Under the pieces are notes generated by a model. That model saw only the letters and a list, made by a program, of their open reading frames with translations. It was not told where the DNA came from and did not search any database. A stretch of 32,000 bases of DNA, from positions 2,460,001-2,492,000 of the forward strand of contig NZ_LN831039.1 in assembly GCF_001457595.1 (NCBI RefSeq), read 5' to 3'. The number at the start of each line of letters is the position of its first letter. The stretch's first letter is position 1. Both the position numbers and the translations under genes were made by a program. The stretch is from Mycolicibacterium smegmatis. GTDB taxonomy: Bacteria; Actinomycetota; Actinomycetes; Mycobacteriales; Mycobacteriaceae. Positions 1 to 9,555 of the stretch are shown here, in pieces.

Positions 1-608
1 TGGAACACCAGCTTGAGATAGATGTCCAGGCTGTCGGAGTCCGGCCGGTTGGCATGCATCTCGGAGCGGATCGCGATCGCGGAGTAGCCGTTGTACTCCG
101 AGTCGATCTTGAGCGCGCGCTTGATCGGTGAGTAGGCGCCGTCGGCCGCGATCACCGCGTCGCCGTACACCTTCTCACCGCTCTTGAGCACCACGCCGAT
201 CACGCGGCCGTTGGCGTCGAACTCGGGTCCGGCCACCTCGGCGCCCTGGCGTACCTCGGCACCCGCGGACTCGGCGTGCTTGAGCAGCACCGTGTCGAGG
301 TGGGTCCGGCTGACGGTGTGGCCGTGGTCGGGCATCCCGGGCCTGCGCGGGAACGACAGCTCCCATTCGCTGGGGCTGAAGACCGTCACACGGTTGACCC
401 GGTGATAGGTGGCGACCTCGTCGGCCAGTCCCATCTTCTGCAGGTAGCTCACCGCGCGTGCGGTCAGTCCGTCGCCGCACGGCTTGTCGCGGGGGAACTC
501 CGCTTTGTCCAGGACGACCACTTTGGCGCCGGTCTGTGCGGCCTGCCATGCCGCTGCCGACCCCGATGGGCCGCCACCAGCAATGACCAGGTCGTATCGC
601 TGCGTCAT
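1..608 (-). CDS. Geranylgeranyl reductase-family FAD-dependent oxidoreductase, C-terminus cut off by the window edge
   Basis: Reverse strand reads MTQRYDLVIAGGGPSGSAAAWQAAQTGAKVVVLDKAEFPRDKPCGDGLTARAVSYLQKMG..., with a GxGxxG dinucleotide-binding motif and the KPCGDGLT motif typical of geranylgeranyl reductases (MenJ-like). The ORF is open to base 1. Confidence 0.85.
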   Translation of the reverse strand, partial: MTQRYDLVIAGGGPSGSAAAWQAAQTGAKVVVLDKAEFPRDKPCGDGLTARAVSYLQKMGLADEVATYHRVNRVTVFSPSEWELSFPRRPGMPDHGHTVSRTHLDTVLLKHAESAGAEVRQGAEVAGPEFDANGRVIGVVLKSGEKVYGDAVIAADGAYSPIKRALKIDSEYNGYSAIAIRSEMHANRPDSDSLDIYLKLVF

Positions 609-642
609 GAGCCTCGTCTCGTTGATTGAGTGTCGCTGAAAT

Positions 643-648
643 AGTACC
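643..648 (-). promoter_or_regulatory. Candidate -10 element (TACTAT) for the leftward FAD oxidoreductase gene
   Basis: Reverse complement reads GGGTACTATTTCAGCGACAC about 35 nt upstream of the ATG at 608. No convincing -35 was found. Confidence 0.3.
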
Positions 649-746
649 CAAGCCCGCACGCGCCAGTGTGGCGGGAAAACAACCGGCCACCGGGGGTGAT
701 CGCGTGTTGGTGTGCGGTCTGAGCAGGTCAGCACTATCAGGGCGAG

Positions 747-752
747 TACAGT
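747..752 (+). promoter_or_regulatory. Candidate -10 (TACAGT) positioned for a leaderless mRNA starting at GTG 759
   Basis: TACAGT followed by exactly 6 nt (AATCGC), then the GTG start. No clear SD precedes the start. Confidence 0.35.
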
Positions 753-758
753 AATCGC

Positions 759-1496
759 GTGCGGCGAGGGTCGAGATCACATTCCGGCGGTCCGGGGGTC
801 AAGGTTGACGCCCGCAGTGAGCGCTGGCGTGAGCACCGTAAAAAGGTGCGCTCGGAGATCGTCGACGCCGCGTTCCGTGCGATCGACCGGCTGGGCCCCG
901 AGCTGAGTTTGCGCGAGATCGCCGAAGAGGCCGGCACCGCCAAACCCAAGATCTACCGTCACTTCACCGACAAGTCGGACCTGTTCCAGGCGATCGGCGA
1001 GCGGTTGCGCGACATGCTGTGGTCGGCGATCTTCCCGTCGATCAACCTCGCCTCCGATCCGGCCCGCGAGGTGATCCGTCGCAGCGTCGAACAGTACGTG
1101 CGATTGGTCGACGAACATCCCAACGTACTGCGGTTCCTCATCCAGGGGCGGTTCGCCGAGCAGAGCGAGTCGACCATGCGCGCGCTCAACGAGGGCCGCG
1201 GCATCACGCTCGCGATGGCCGACATGTTCTCCCACGAACTTCGCGAGATGGAACTCGACGGCGCCGCCATCGAACTGGCCGCGTTCGCGACGTTCGGCGC
1301 GGCCGCGTCGGCCACGGACTGGTGGCTGGGCAGTAAAGAGGACAGCCCGCGCCGCATGCCCGCAGACGAGTTCGTCAACCACCTGACCACGATCATGGTC
1401 GGCTCCATCAACGGCACCTGCGAGCTGCTGGGCATCCGGATCGACCCGGATCTGCCCCTGCACGAGGGTGTGCAGCGCCGCGAACGCGCCAGTTAG
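759..1496 (+). CDS. TetR/AcrR-family transcriptional regulator (Rv3050c-like)
   Basis: 245-aa ORF with a TetR-like N-terminal helix-turn-helix region (EIVDAAFRAIDRLGPELSLREIAEEAGTAKPKIYRHFTDKSDLFQAI). Confidence 0.9.
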   Translation: MRRGSRSHSGGPGVKVDARSERWREHRKKVRSEIVDAAFRAIDRLGPELSLREIAEEAGTAKPKIYRHFTDKSDLFQAIGERLRDMLWSAIFPSINLASDPAREVIRRSVEQYVRLVDEHPNVLRFLIQGRFAEQSESTMRALNEGRGITLAMADMFSHELREMELDGAAIELAAFATFGAAASATDWWLGSKEDSPRRMPADEFVNHLTTIMVGSINGTCELLGIRIDPDLPLHEGVQRRERAS

Positions 1497-1538
1497 TCAC
1501 ACCAGTCACATCGCGCAACTCTCGGGGTGGTCCGAGCG

Positions 1539-1567
1539 TTGACAGGTCAGCCACCGCGCCGGACACT
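1539..1567 (+). promoter_or_regulatory. Candidate SigA-like promoter TTGACA-N17-GACACT for the monooxygenase gene
   Basis: TTGACA at 1539-1544, 17-nt spacer, GACACT at 1562-1567. An SD-like AGGAAAGGA lies shortly before ATG 1612. Confidence 0.4.
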
Positions 1568-1611
1568 GGCAAATATCCGGTACCGGCGTTCCCAGGAAAG
1601 GACCTGAAACC

Positions 1612-3111
1612 ATGACGGCTGCCGACCAGCAACCCATCCGGACCCGCGCCCTGGTGATCGGCACCGGGTTCTCCGGGCTGGGCATGGCCATCGAACTGCA
1701 GCGCCGTGGCGTCGACTTCCTGATTCTGGAGAAGGCCGACGAGATCGGCGGCACCTGGCGCGACAACACCTACCCGGGATGCGCGTGCGACATCCCGTCG
1801 CACATGTACTCGTTCTCGTTCGAGCCCAAGGCCGACTGGAAGCACATGTGGTCCTTCCAGCCCGAGATCCAGGACTACCTGCTGGGCGTGACGGCCAAAT
1901 ACGGACTGCGCCGTCACATCCACTTCAACTCGCACGTCGACCGCGCGCACTGGGACGACGAGGAACTGCGCTGGCATGTGTTCACCAAGACCGGCCAGGA
2001 GTACATCGCCCAGTTCCTGGTGTCCGGTGCAGGCGGTCTGCACATCCCGCAGATCCCGGACATCGAAGGCCGGGAGTCGTTCGCGGGCGCGGCTTTTCAC
2101 TCGGCGCAGTGGGACCACAGCGTCGATTTGCGCGGTAAGCGCGTCGCGGTGATCGGCACCGGCGCCAGTGCCATCCAGATCGTGCCGGAGATCGTCAAGG
2201 ACGTCGCCGAACTGCACCTGTACCAGCGCACCCCGGCCTGGGTGATGCCACGCGTCAACAACGCGTTCCCGCAATGGCTGCGCAACGTCTTCAACTACGT
2301 CCCCGGCACCCGCGCGCTGCTGCGCGCGGCCATCTACTGGATCCACGAAGGCGTCGGCTTCGCGATGACCAAAGAGCCGCGGCTGCTCAAGATCGGCGAG
2401 TGGATGGGCCGCTACAACATCAACCGCAGCATCAAGGACCCCGAGCTGCGGCGTAAGCTCACGCCGAGCTACCGCGCCGGGTGCAAGCGAATCCTCAACT
2501 CCGACACCTACTATCGCGGGATCGCCGACCCCAAGACCCAGGTGATCACCGAGGGCATCGCCCGGATGACGCCGACCGGCATCGTCACCAACGACGGCGT
2601 CGAGCATCCCGTCGACATCGTCGTCTACGCCACGGGCTTCCACGTGACCGACTCCTACACCTACGTCGACATCAAGGGTGCCGGCGGCGAAGACCTGGTC
2701 GACCGCTGGAACCGCGAGGGCATCCAGGCCCACCGCGGCGTCGCCGTCGCCGGCATGCCGAACCTGTTCTTCCTGCTGGGGCCGAACACCGCGCTGGGTC
2801 ACAACTCGGTGGTGTTCATGATCGAGCAGCAGATCCGCTACGTCGGGCAGGCCATCGCCGCCGTCGACAAGGCGGGCGCGGCCGCGTTGGCGCCGACCCG
2901 GCGCGCGCAGGACGCGTTCAACGCCGAGTTGCAGCGGGATTTGTCCGGCACGGTGTTCAACACGGGCGGTTGCAAGAGCTGGTACCTCGACGAGCACGGC
3001 GTCAACCGGACGCTGTGGAGCGGCATGACATGGCAGTACTGGAAGGCGCTGCGCCGCCTCGATCCGTCGGAGTTCGAGTTCCTCGACCAGCGGGTTCTCG
3101 CGCGATCCTAG
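1612..3111 (+). CDS. Flavin-containing / Baeyer-Villiger-type monooxygenase (Rv3049c-like)
   Basis: 499 aa. GTGFSGLGMAIELQRRG FAD motif, GGTWRDNTYPGCACDIPSHMYSFSFE, BVMO-type FHSAQWDHSVD fingerprint region, and GTGASAIQIVPEI NADP-binding motif. Confidence 0.92.
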   Translation: MTAADQQPIRTRALVIGTGFSGLGMAIELQRRGVDFLILEKADEIGGTWRDNTYPGCACDIPSHMYSFSFEPKADWKHMWSFQPEIQDYLLGVTAKYGLRRHIHFNSHVDRAHWDDEELRWHVFTKTGQEYIAQFLVSGAGGLHIPQIPDIEGRESFAGAAFHSAQWDHSVDLRGKRVAVIGTGASAIQIVPEIVKDVAELHLYQRTPAWVMPRVNNAFPQWLRNVFNYVPGTRALLRAAIYWIHEGVGFAMTKEPRLLKIGEWMGRYNINRSIKDPELRRKLTPSYRAGCKRILNSDTYYRGIADPKTQVITEGIARMTPTGIVTNDGVEHPVDIVVYATGFHVTDSYTYVDIKGAGGEDLVDRWNREGIQAHRGVAVAGMPNLFFLLGPNTALGHNSVVFMIEQQIRYVGQAIAAVDKAGAAALAPTRRAQDAFNAELQRDLSGTVFNTGGCKSWYLDEHGVNRTLWSGMTWQYWKALRRLDPSEFEFLDQRVLARS

Positions 3112-3160
3112 GAGTGCTGCGTCCTGCCAGGGACTTCGGCGCGTCCCTACGTTCGGTGTC

Positions 3161-3721
3161 ATGACGACGAGACCGTGGCGCGCCGGCGCCAGATACATGA
3201 CCTGGATGATCGCGGCGGTGGCAACCATGATGGCGGTCGGCTGCAGTGGTAACGGCAATGCGGAGAAGCCGGACCGCACCGGCCGGCAGCAACGCAACGC
3301 CGAGGTGGTGCGCGACGCGTTCGCGCGTGGTGTCGGGGACCAGAACAGCTTCTATTCGATCCTGACCGACGACGTCGAATGGACAGTGGCGCGCGCCGGT
3401 CGGGAGACCACCTACTCCGGCCGCGAGGAATTCCTGCGCGACGGTGCGGGCCCCATCCTGGCCCGCCTCGACGGCCCGATCCAGGCCGACGTGCGGGACC
3501 TGGTCACCGAGGGGGACAAGCTGGTCGCGTTCTGGCGGGGGACCGCCACCGCGCGTGACGGGCAGCCCTACGTCAACGACTACGTGTGGGCGATGACGCT
3601 GCGCGACGAACGCGTCGCCCGCGTGACGGCGTATCTCGACTTCGTGGTGCTCGACGAGTTGCTGACCCGGGTGACGCCGGCCGACGGCGCGACCGCGCAT
3701 TCCGCCGCGGCGCGCGGGTGA
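3161..3721 (+). CDS. Putative lipoprotein or exported protein with an NTF2/SnoaL-like domain
   Basis: 186 aa. Hydrophobic N-terminus with a lipobox-like AVGC, then an NTF2-like pattern (RDAFARG...DDVEWTV...GREEFL...FWRGTATARDGQPYVNDYVWAMTLRDERVARVTAYLD). Confidence 0.7.
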   Translation: MTTRPWRAGARYMTWMIAAVATMMAVGCSGNGNAEKPDRTGRQQRNAEVVRDAFARGVGDQNSFYSILTDDVEWTVARAGRETTYSGREEFLRDGAGPILARLDGPIQADVRDLVTEGDKLVAFWRGTATARDGQPYVNDYVWAMTLRDERVARVTAYLDFVVLDELLTRVTPADGATAHSAAARG

Positions 3722-3827
3722 TCCGCGGGCGGGCGCACCGTCGGCAGCCGCCGTCGCGAGGTCGCCGGCGGACGGTGAAACGCCACGTCGCGCTTGCGGA
3801 GTTCGCGTGTGAACGCGACACGCCCAA

Positions 3828-3875
3828 CCACAACATCTCGGGGAGCGCCGCGAACTTTCCCACCAGTTGTAGTGT
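3828..3875 (+). promoter_or_regulatory. Pair of candidate NrdR boxes upstream of nrdF2
   Basis: Box 1 CCACAACATCTCGGGG (3828-3843) and box 2 CCACCAGTTGTAGTGT (3860-3875; reverse ACACTACAACTGGTGG). Both are degenerate matches to the ACACWATATATWGTGT consensus, and their starts are 32 bp apart. Confidence 0.45.
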
Positions 3876-3904
3876 TGGTATCGTCGCCGAGCGCCGAACG
3901 GTGA

Positions 3905-4912
<1,008 letters not shown>

Positions 4913-4968
4913 ACCCGGTCCACGCCGTGCACGCAGGAACCCCGCAGTGAGCTGACAGCCTGCGCTGC

Positions 4969-4974
4969 TATCAA
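4969..4974 (+). promoter_or_regulatory. Candidate -10 (TATCAA) 7 nt upstream of ATG 4982, a possible leaderless start
   Basis: TATCAA-ATAAACG-ATG, with no SD in the short leader. Confidence 0.3.
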
Positions 4975-4981
4975 ATAAACG

Positions 4982-6364
4982 ATGCACCAGCTCATAGCGC
5001 AGATCCCGCTGACCGACGGCTGGTTTCCAGTCGTCGTCCAGCTGATCGGGGCACTGCTGCTGGGGGCTGCCGTCGGATGGCGCACGCGGCGGTGGCGGTT
5101 GCGGATCCTGCCTGCGCTGGTCGCCGCGGCCGCCGTGCTGGCCGGTGTGATGTATCGGTACATCGATTCGATCGGGGTGGCGGGCAACGCCGGACCGCCG
5201 CGGTTGTGGGTGTGGATCGCGCTGACCGTGTTGGCCTGTGGTGTCCTGGTGCTGGGCTGGATGAGTGCGCGGTGGTGGCGGCGGATCGTCTCCGTGGCGG
5301 CGGTCGGGGCGTGTCTGCTGGCCTGCGGGCTCACCCTCAATATGTGGGTCGGCTATTTCCCGACCGGGTACGCCATGTGGAATCAGCTCACCTCGGGTCC
5401 GCTGCCGGGCCAGACGGACCGGCTGACCGTCACCAAGATGCAGCTCGCCCACTTCCGGCCCGCCGGTGGGGTTCTGGTCCCGGTGACCATCGAGGCGGTA
5501 TCAGGCTTCAGCCACCGCGAGGAACTCGTCTACCTGCCGCCGGCCTGGTTCGCCAGCAGTCCGCCGCCGGAGCTTCCGGCGGTGATGATGATCGGCTCGC
5601 AACTGAACACCCCGGCGGACTGGTTACGGGCGGGCAACGTGCAGCCGGTCATCGACCGGTTCGCCGCCGAGCACGGCGGGATGGCACCGGTCTTCGTCTT
5701 CGTCGACGCCACCGGCTCGTTCGCCAACGACACCGAGTGTGTCAACGGCGTGCGGGGCAACGCGGCCGATCACCTCGTCAAAGATGTTGTGCCGTATCTG
5801 GTCTCGAACTTCGGCGTGCGGCCGGATCGCGACGGCTGGGGCATCGCGGGATGGTCGATGGGCGGCACGTGCGCGGTGGATCTGACCCTGATGCATCCCG
5901 ACGTCTTCCGGTCGTTCGTCGACATCGCCGGTGACCTGCGGCCCAACGCGGGGGACAAGGCACAGACGATCAGCCGACTGTGGGGTGGCGACGTCGCCTC
6001 CTGGGCCGCATACGATCCCGTCACCATCATGGGTCGGCACGGCCCGTACACCGGTCCGTCCGCCGATGTCACGGCGTGGTTCGAGGTGCCCGCGGCGCAG
6101 CGCGGCGCGGGCCCCGATCCGGCCAATCCGGAAGGGCAGGACGTCGCCGCGGTCACGCTGTGCGATGCGGCCAGAGCGGTCTCCATCGACTGTTCGGTGA
6201 TCACCGAACCGGGGCGGCATGACTGGGTTTTCGCCAACACCGCGTTCGCCAGGGCCCTGCCATGGCTGGCCGGCCAACTGCACACGCCTGGCGTCGCGGC
6301 TGTGCCGCTGCCTGCGTCTACGTTGGGGCAGCAGCCCACAAACGTCCGGGCGGCCCCGCGCTAG
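4982..6364 (+). CDS. Membrane-anchored alpha/beta hydrolase, putative esterase family (PF00756-like)
   Basis: 460 aa. Several N-terminal TM segments, then an extracytoplasmic hydrolase domain with the nucleophile elbow GWSMGG (GWGIAGWSMGGTCAVDL) and a C-terminal GRHDW histidine region. Confidence 0.85.
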   Translation: MHQLIAQIPLTDGWFPVVVQLIGALLLGAAVGWRTRRWRLRILPALVAAAAVLAGVMYRYIDSIGVAGNAGPPRLWVWIALTVLACGVLVLGWMSARWWRRIVSVAAVGACLLACGLTLNMWVGYFPTGYAMWNQLTSGPLPGQTDRLTVTKMQLAHFRPAGGVLVPVTIEAVSGFSHREELVYLPPAWFASSPPPELPAVMMIGSQLNTPADWLRAGNVQPVIDRFAAEHGGMAPVFVFVDATGSFANDTECVNGVRGNAADHLVKDVVPYLVSNFGVRPDRDGWGIAGWSMGGTCAVDLTLMHPDVFRSFVDIAGDLRPNAGDKAQTISRLWGGDVASWAAYDPVTIMGRHGPYTGPSADVTAWFEVPAAQRGAGPDPANPEGQDVAAVTLCDAARAVSIDCSVITEPGRHDWVFANTAFARALPWLAGQLHTPGVAAVPLPASTLGQQPTNVRAAPR

Positions 6365-6441
6365 TGCTCGCGGGTGCGGCCGAGGCGTCACCGGGTGTGC
6401 TAACTGTTGACCATGCAGCCAACACAAAGTTCGGCCGCGCG

Positions 6442-7944
6442 ATGACCACCACGACGACCGGGGCCGACATCGAAACGTCCCCGCCACGGTTCGCCCGGGC
6501 AGGGGTGGGCGCGGTCGCCGCGGTCAGCTCGATCGCCCTGCTGGTCTTCCTCGATCGTTATGGCTACTTCGGCGACGAGCTGTATTTCCTGTCCGCGGGG
6601 CGGCGACTGTCTTTCGGCTACGCAGACCAAGGGCCTGCCCTGCCGCTCATCGCCCACGTCCTCGATAGCGTCGCACCGGGCTCGCTGTTCGTGCTGCGCC
6701 TGCCGGCGGTCCTCGCCACCGCGGCGGCGATCGTGATCAGCGCCCAGATCGCCCGCGAATTCGGAGGTGGGCGAGGTGCGCAGCTGCTCGCCGCCGGCGG
6801 ATACGCCACGTCACCGTTTCTGCTGGTCCAAGGCGGACAGCTGGCCACCAACTCGTTCGACATCCCGCTGTGGGTGTTGATCACCTGGCTGCTGGTGCGG
6901 TGGGCACGCACCCGCGACGACCGCCTGCTGCTGTGGGCCGCTGTCGCCACCGCGTTTGCCCTGCAGATCAAGTGGCTTGTCCCCATCCTGTGGATCTGCG
7001 TCGGGTTGAGCGTCCTGCTGGTGGGGCCACGAGAGTTGTTGCGCCGCAGATTCTTGTGGGTCGGTGCTGCCGGCGCCGCGCTCACCACGATACCGATGCT
7101 GGTGTGGCAGGCCGGCAATGGTTGGCCACAACTGGCGATGGGAAGCGTGATCGCGGCCGAAAACGACACGGTGGGCGGTCGGCCTGCGTTCGTGCCGCTC
7201 GCGTTGTTCATCGCCGGACTGCTCGGCGGTGTGCTGCTGCTGTGCGGGGTGTGGGCGCTGTTGCGCTGGGAACCGTTGCGGCCGTTCCGCTTTGTCGGGG
7301 TGACCGTGGTGCTGACGTTCGTGGTGTTCATGGTGCTCGGCGGGCGCGCGTACTACGTCGCCGGCGTCTATGCGGTGGCCATGGCGGCCGGCGCCGTCTG
7401 GCTCACCCGCGATGGACCGCGACGCCGGCGGAAGATCGTCGCGGTCCCGCTGATCGCGGCATCTGCGGCCTTGGCCGGGTGGAGCCTGCCGTGGCAGCCG
7501 GAGCGCGATATCCCGCCGGTGTCGGCCGACGACGGAATGGCCACCTTGACGTACGGCAGATTCGGCTGGCCGGAGCTCGCCGAAGAAACCGCCGCCGCCT
7601 ACCGCGATCTCACCGACGAAGAACGAGAATGGGCTGTCGTGATCGCCGAGTCATATTGGCAGGCAAGCGCACTGGACAACTACCCAGACGGGGATCTGCC
7701 TGCCGTGTACAGCCCCGGCCGGGGTTGGGGATATTTCGGGGCGCCGCCCGACGACGCGACGACCGTGCTCTACGTCGACCGGTACCCCGATACGGCTCGC
7801 GAGTTGTGTGCGCACGTGGACCCGGTCGGCCGGGCCGACGCGCGCCTGGGGATCCCGGGGGTGAGCCGTGACGTGACGATATGGAAGTGTGTCGATCCAC
7901 GACAGCCGTGGTCGACGATCTGGCCTTCCCTTCGGCGCCTGTAA
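6442..7944 (+). CDS. Polytopic membrane glycosyltransferase, GT39/ArnT-like (PMT_2 type)
   Basis: The track ORF starts at 6262, but ATG 6442 avoids overlap with the esterase gene. DRYGYFGDELYFLSAGRRLSFGYADQGPALPLIAH is the typical N-terminal loop, followed by many TM helices. Confidence 0.83.
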   Translation: MTTTTTGADIETSPPRFARAGVGAVAAVSSIALLVFLDRYGYFGDELYFLSAGRRLSFGYADQGPALPLIAHVLDSVAPGSLFVLRLPAVLATAAAIVISAQIAREFGGGRGAQLLAAGGYATSPFLLVQGGQLATNSFDIPLWVLITWLLVRWARTRDDRLLLWAAVATAFALQIKWLVPILWICVGLSVLLVGPRELLRRRFLWVGAAGAALTTIPMLVWQAGNGWPQLAMGSVIAAENDTVGGRPAFVPLALFIAGLLGGVLLLCGVWALLRWEPLRPFRFVGVTVVLTFVVFMVLGGRAYYVAGVYAVAMAAGAVWLTRDGPRRRRKIVAVPLIAASAALAGWSLPWQPERDIPPVSADDGMATLTYGRFGWPELAEETAAAYRDLTDEEREWAVVIAESYWQASALDNYPDGDLPAVYSPGRGWGYFGAPPDDATTVLYVDRYPDTARELCAHVDPVGRADARLGIPGVSRDVTIWKCVDPRQPWSTIWPSLRRL

Positions 7945-7969
7945 CGGCACCCCTCGGCTGCCGGGCAGC

Positions 7970-7990
7970 GCGCTGGGTACCTACCCGCGC
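7970..7990. terminator. Hairpin between convergent genes, candidate bidirectional terminator without a U-tract
   Basis: GCGC-(T)-GGGTA-CC-TACCC-GCGC, lying between the convergent stops at 7944 and 7990. Confidence 0.35.
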
Positions 7991-9489
7991 TACCGGCCGC
8001 GGGTGGGCTGAGCGGCCGTGGACGCCGATGACGACGGCACGGTCGACGGGCGCTCGATGATCGTCGAATTCTTGGCCCCGACACGGTAACTCGCACCGCG
8101 GTGCTCTTCGGCCAGCCGATCGCCTTGACCGATCAGCTTGTGGCGCAGGGTGCCGGGGGTGTACTCGGCCTGGTAGGCGCCGCGTGCGGTGAGCACCGGC
8201 ACGACGTGGTCGACGAAGTCGGCGAACGATCCCGGCGTGATCGCGTACGCCAGGTTGAAGCCGTCGACGTCGGTCTCCTCGACCCACTCCTGCAGCGTGT
8301 CGGCGACGGTCTCACCCGATCCGACGATGCGCGGGCCCATGCCGCCGATCTTGCCCCACTCGGCGATGTCGCCGACCGCCCACTCGCCGCCGTCGGGGTC
8401 GGCGGACTGGAACGCCTCGACCGCGGACAGGATCGCGTTGGAGTCGACATTGCCGACAGGCTCGTCGAGGCCGTAGCGGGCCAGGTCCACACCCATCCAG
8501 CCCGACATGAACACCAGTGCGCCCTCGGGGTCGCCGTAGGACAGGTACTCGGCCAGCTTGGCTGCGGCCTCCTCGTCGGTGGCGCCTGTGATGATCGTCG
8601 AGAGGTTGAAGATCTTCACGCCGTACGGGTCGCGGCCGGCGATCTCGAGCTCACGGCGGATCGTCGTGACCGTCTCACGCAGTAGGGCTTTGGTGGGAGC
8701 CGCGGTGAAGATCGCCTCGGCGTTCTCCGCGGCGAAGCGGACACCGCGCGGCGACGAGCCGGCCTGGTAGATGACGGGCGTGCGCTGCGGTGACGGCTCG
8801 GACAGGTGGATGCCGGGAACGCTGAAATGCGTTCCCTCATGGCCGATGTGATGCACCTTGCCCGGGTCGGTGAACACGCCGCGGGCACGGTCGCGCACCA
8901 CCGCGTCGTCCTCCCATGAGCCCTCCCACAGCTTGTAGAGCACCTCGAGGTACTCGTTGGCGTGGTCGTAGCGCGCGTCGTGGGCCGGCTGGTCGGTCTG
9001 GCCCATGTTGCGGGCCGCGGCGGGCAGGTAACCGGTGACGACGTTCCAGCCGATGCGGCCGCCCGTCAGATGGTCGAGCGTGGACATCCGTCGCGCGAAC
9101 GGATAGGGATGCTCGAAACCGGTTCCGGTGGTGATGCCGAACCCGAGATGCTCGGTGACCAGCGCCATCCCGGACACCAGCAGCATCGGGTCGTTCACCG
9201 GGACCTGCGCGGCGTGACGGATCGCGGCCTCGTCGCTGCCACCGTACACGTCGTAGGTACCGAGCACGTCGGCGATGAACAGGCCGTCGAATCGGCCGCG
9301 CTCCAACAGCTTTGCGAGTTCTGTCCAGTAGGTGAGGTCCTTGTACCGCCAGGACTGGTCCTCGGGATGCCGCCACAGGCCGGGGGATTGATGGGCGACA
9401 CAGTTCATGTCGAAGGCGTTGAAGCGAATCACACGGGTCACCGCACGAGACTGCCAATGCGGGTGCGCCGCGTCACCGGTTGCGCTCAT
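7990..9489 (-). CDS. NtaA/SnaA/DszA-family FMN-dependent monooxygenase (luciferase-like)
   Basis: IRFNAFDMNCVAHQSPGLWRHPEDQS...GRFDGLFIADVLGTYDVY...GITTGTGFEHPYPFARRMSTLDHLTGGRIGWNVVTGYLPAAARNMG. Start uncertain: ATG 9489, or the in-frame GTG giving VTRVIRFNAF. Confidence 0.88.
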   Translation of the reverse strand: MSATGDAAHPHWQSRAVTRVIRFNAFDMNCVAHQSPGLWRHPEDQSWRYKDLTYWTELAKLLERGRFDGLFIADVLGTYDVYGGSDEAAIRHAAQVPVNDPMLLVSGMALVTEHLGFGITTGTGFEHPYPFARRMSTLDHLTGGRIGWNVVTGYLPAAARNMGQTDQPAHDARYDHANEYLEVLYKLWEGSWEDDAVVRDRARGVFTDPGKVHHIGHEGTHFSVPGIHLSEPSPQRTPVIYQAGSSPRGVRFAAENAEAIFTAAPTKALLRETVTTIRRELEIAGRDPYGVKIFNLSTIITGATDEEAAAKLAEYLSYGDPEGALVFMSGWMGVDLARYGLDEPVGNVDSNAILSAVEAFQSADPDGGEWAVGDIAEWGKIGGMGPRIVGSGETVADTLQEWVEETDVDGFNLAYAITPGSFADFVDHVVPVLTARGAYQAEYTPGTLRHKLIGQGDRLAEEHRGASYRVGAKNSTIIERPSTVPSSSASTAAQPTRGR

Positions 9490-9511
9490 CGCGATTGTTA
9501 CCCGTGACGGC

Positions 9512-9545
9512 AAAAGGCAGCCGGCCCGGAGGCCGGCTGCCTTTT
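9512..9545 (-). terminator. Strong intrinsic-type terminator downstream of adhC
   Basis: Perfect 15-bp stem AAAAGGCAGCCGGCC / GGCCGGCTGCCTTTT with 4-nt loop (CGGA), ending in T4 on either strand. It begins about 11 nt beyond the adhC stop. Confidence 0.85.
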
Positions 9546-9555
9546 GTGGATGACG

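Noticed and set aside
1577-1586. CCGGTACCGG 10-bp palindrome in the monooxygenase leader
   Set aside because: A short GC-rich palindrome expected frequently by chance. No second copy or link to a regulator motif was visible.
1408-3297. 629-aa minus-strand ORF antisense to the monooxygenase gene
   Set aside because: Low-complexity Arg/Gly/Val/Asp-rich translation typical of codon-position GC bias opposite a real gene. It has no recognisable domain, while the plus strand has clear BVMO motifs.
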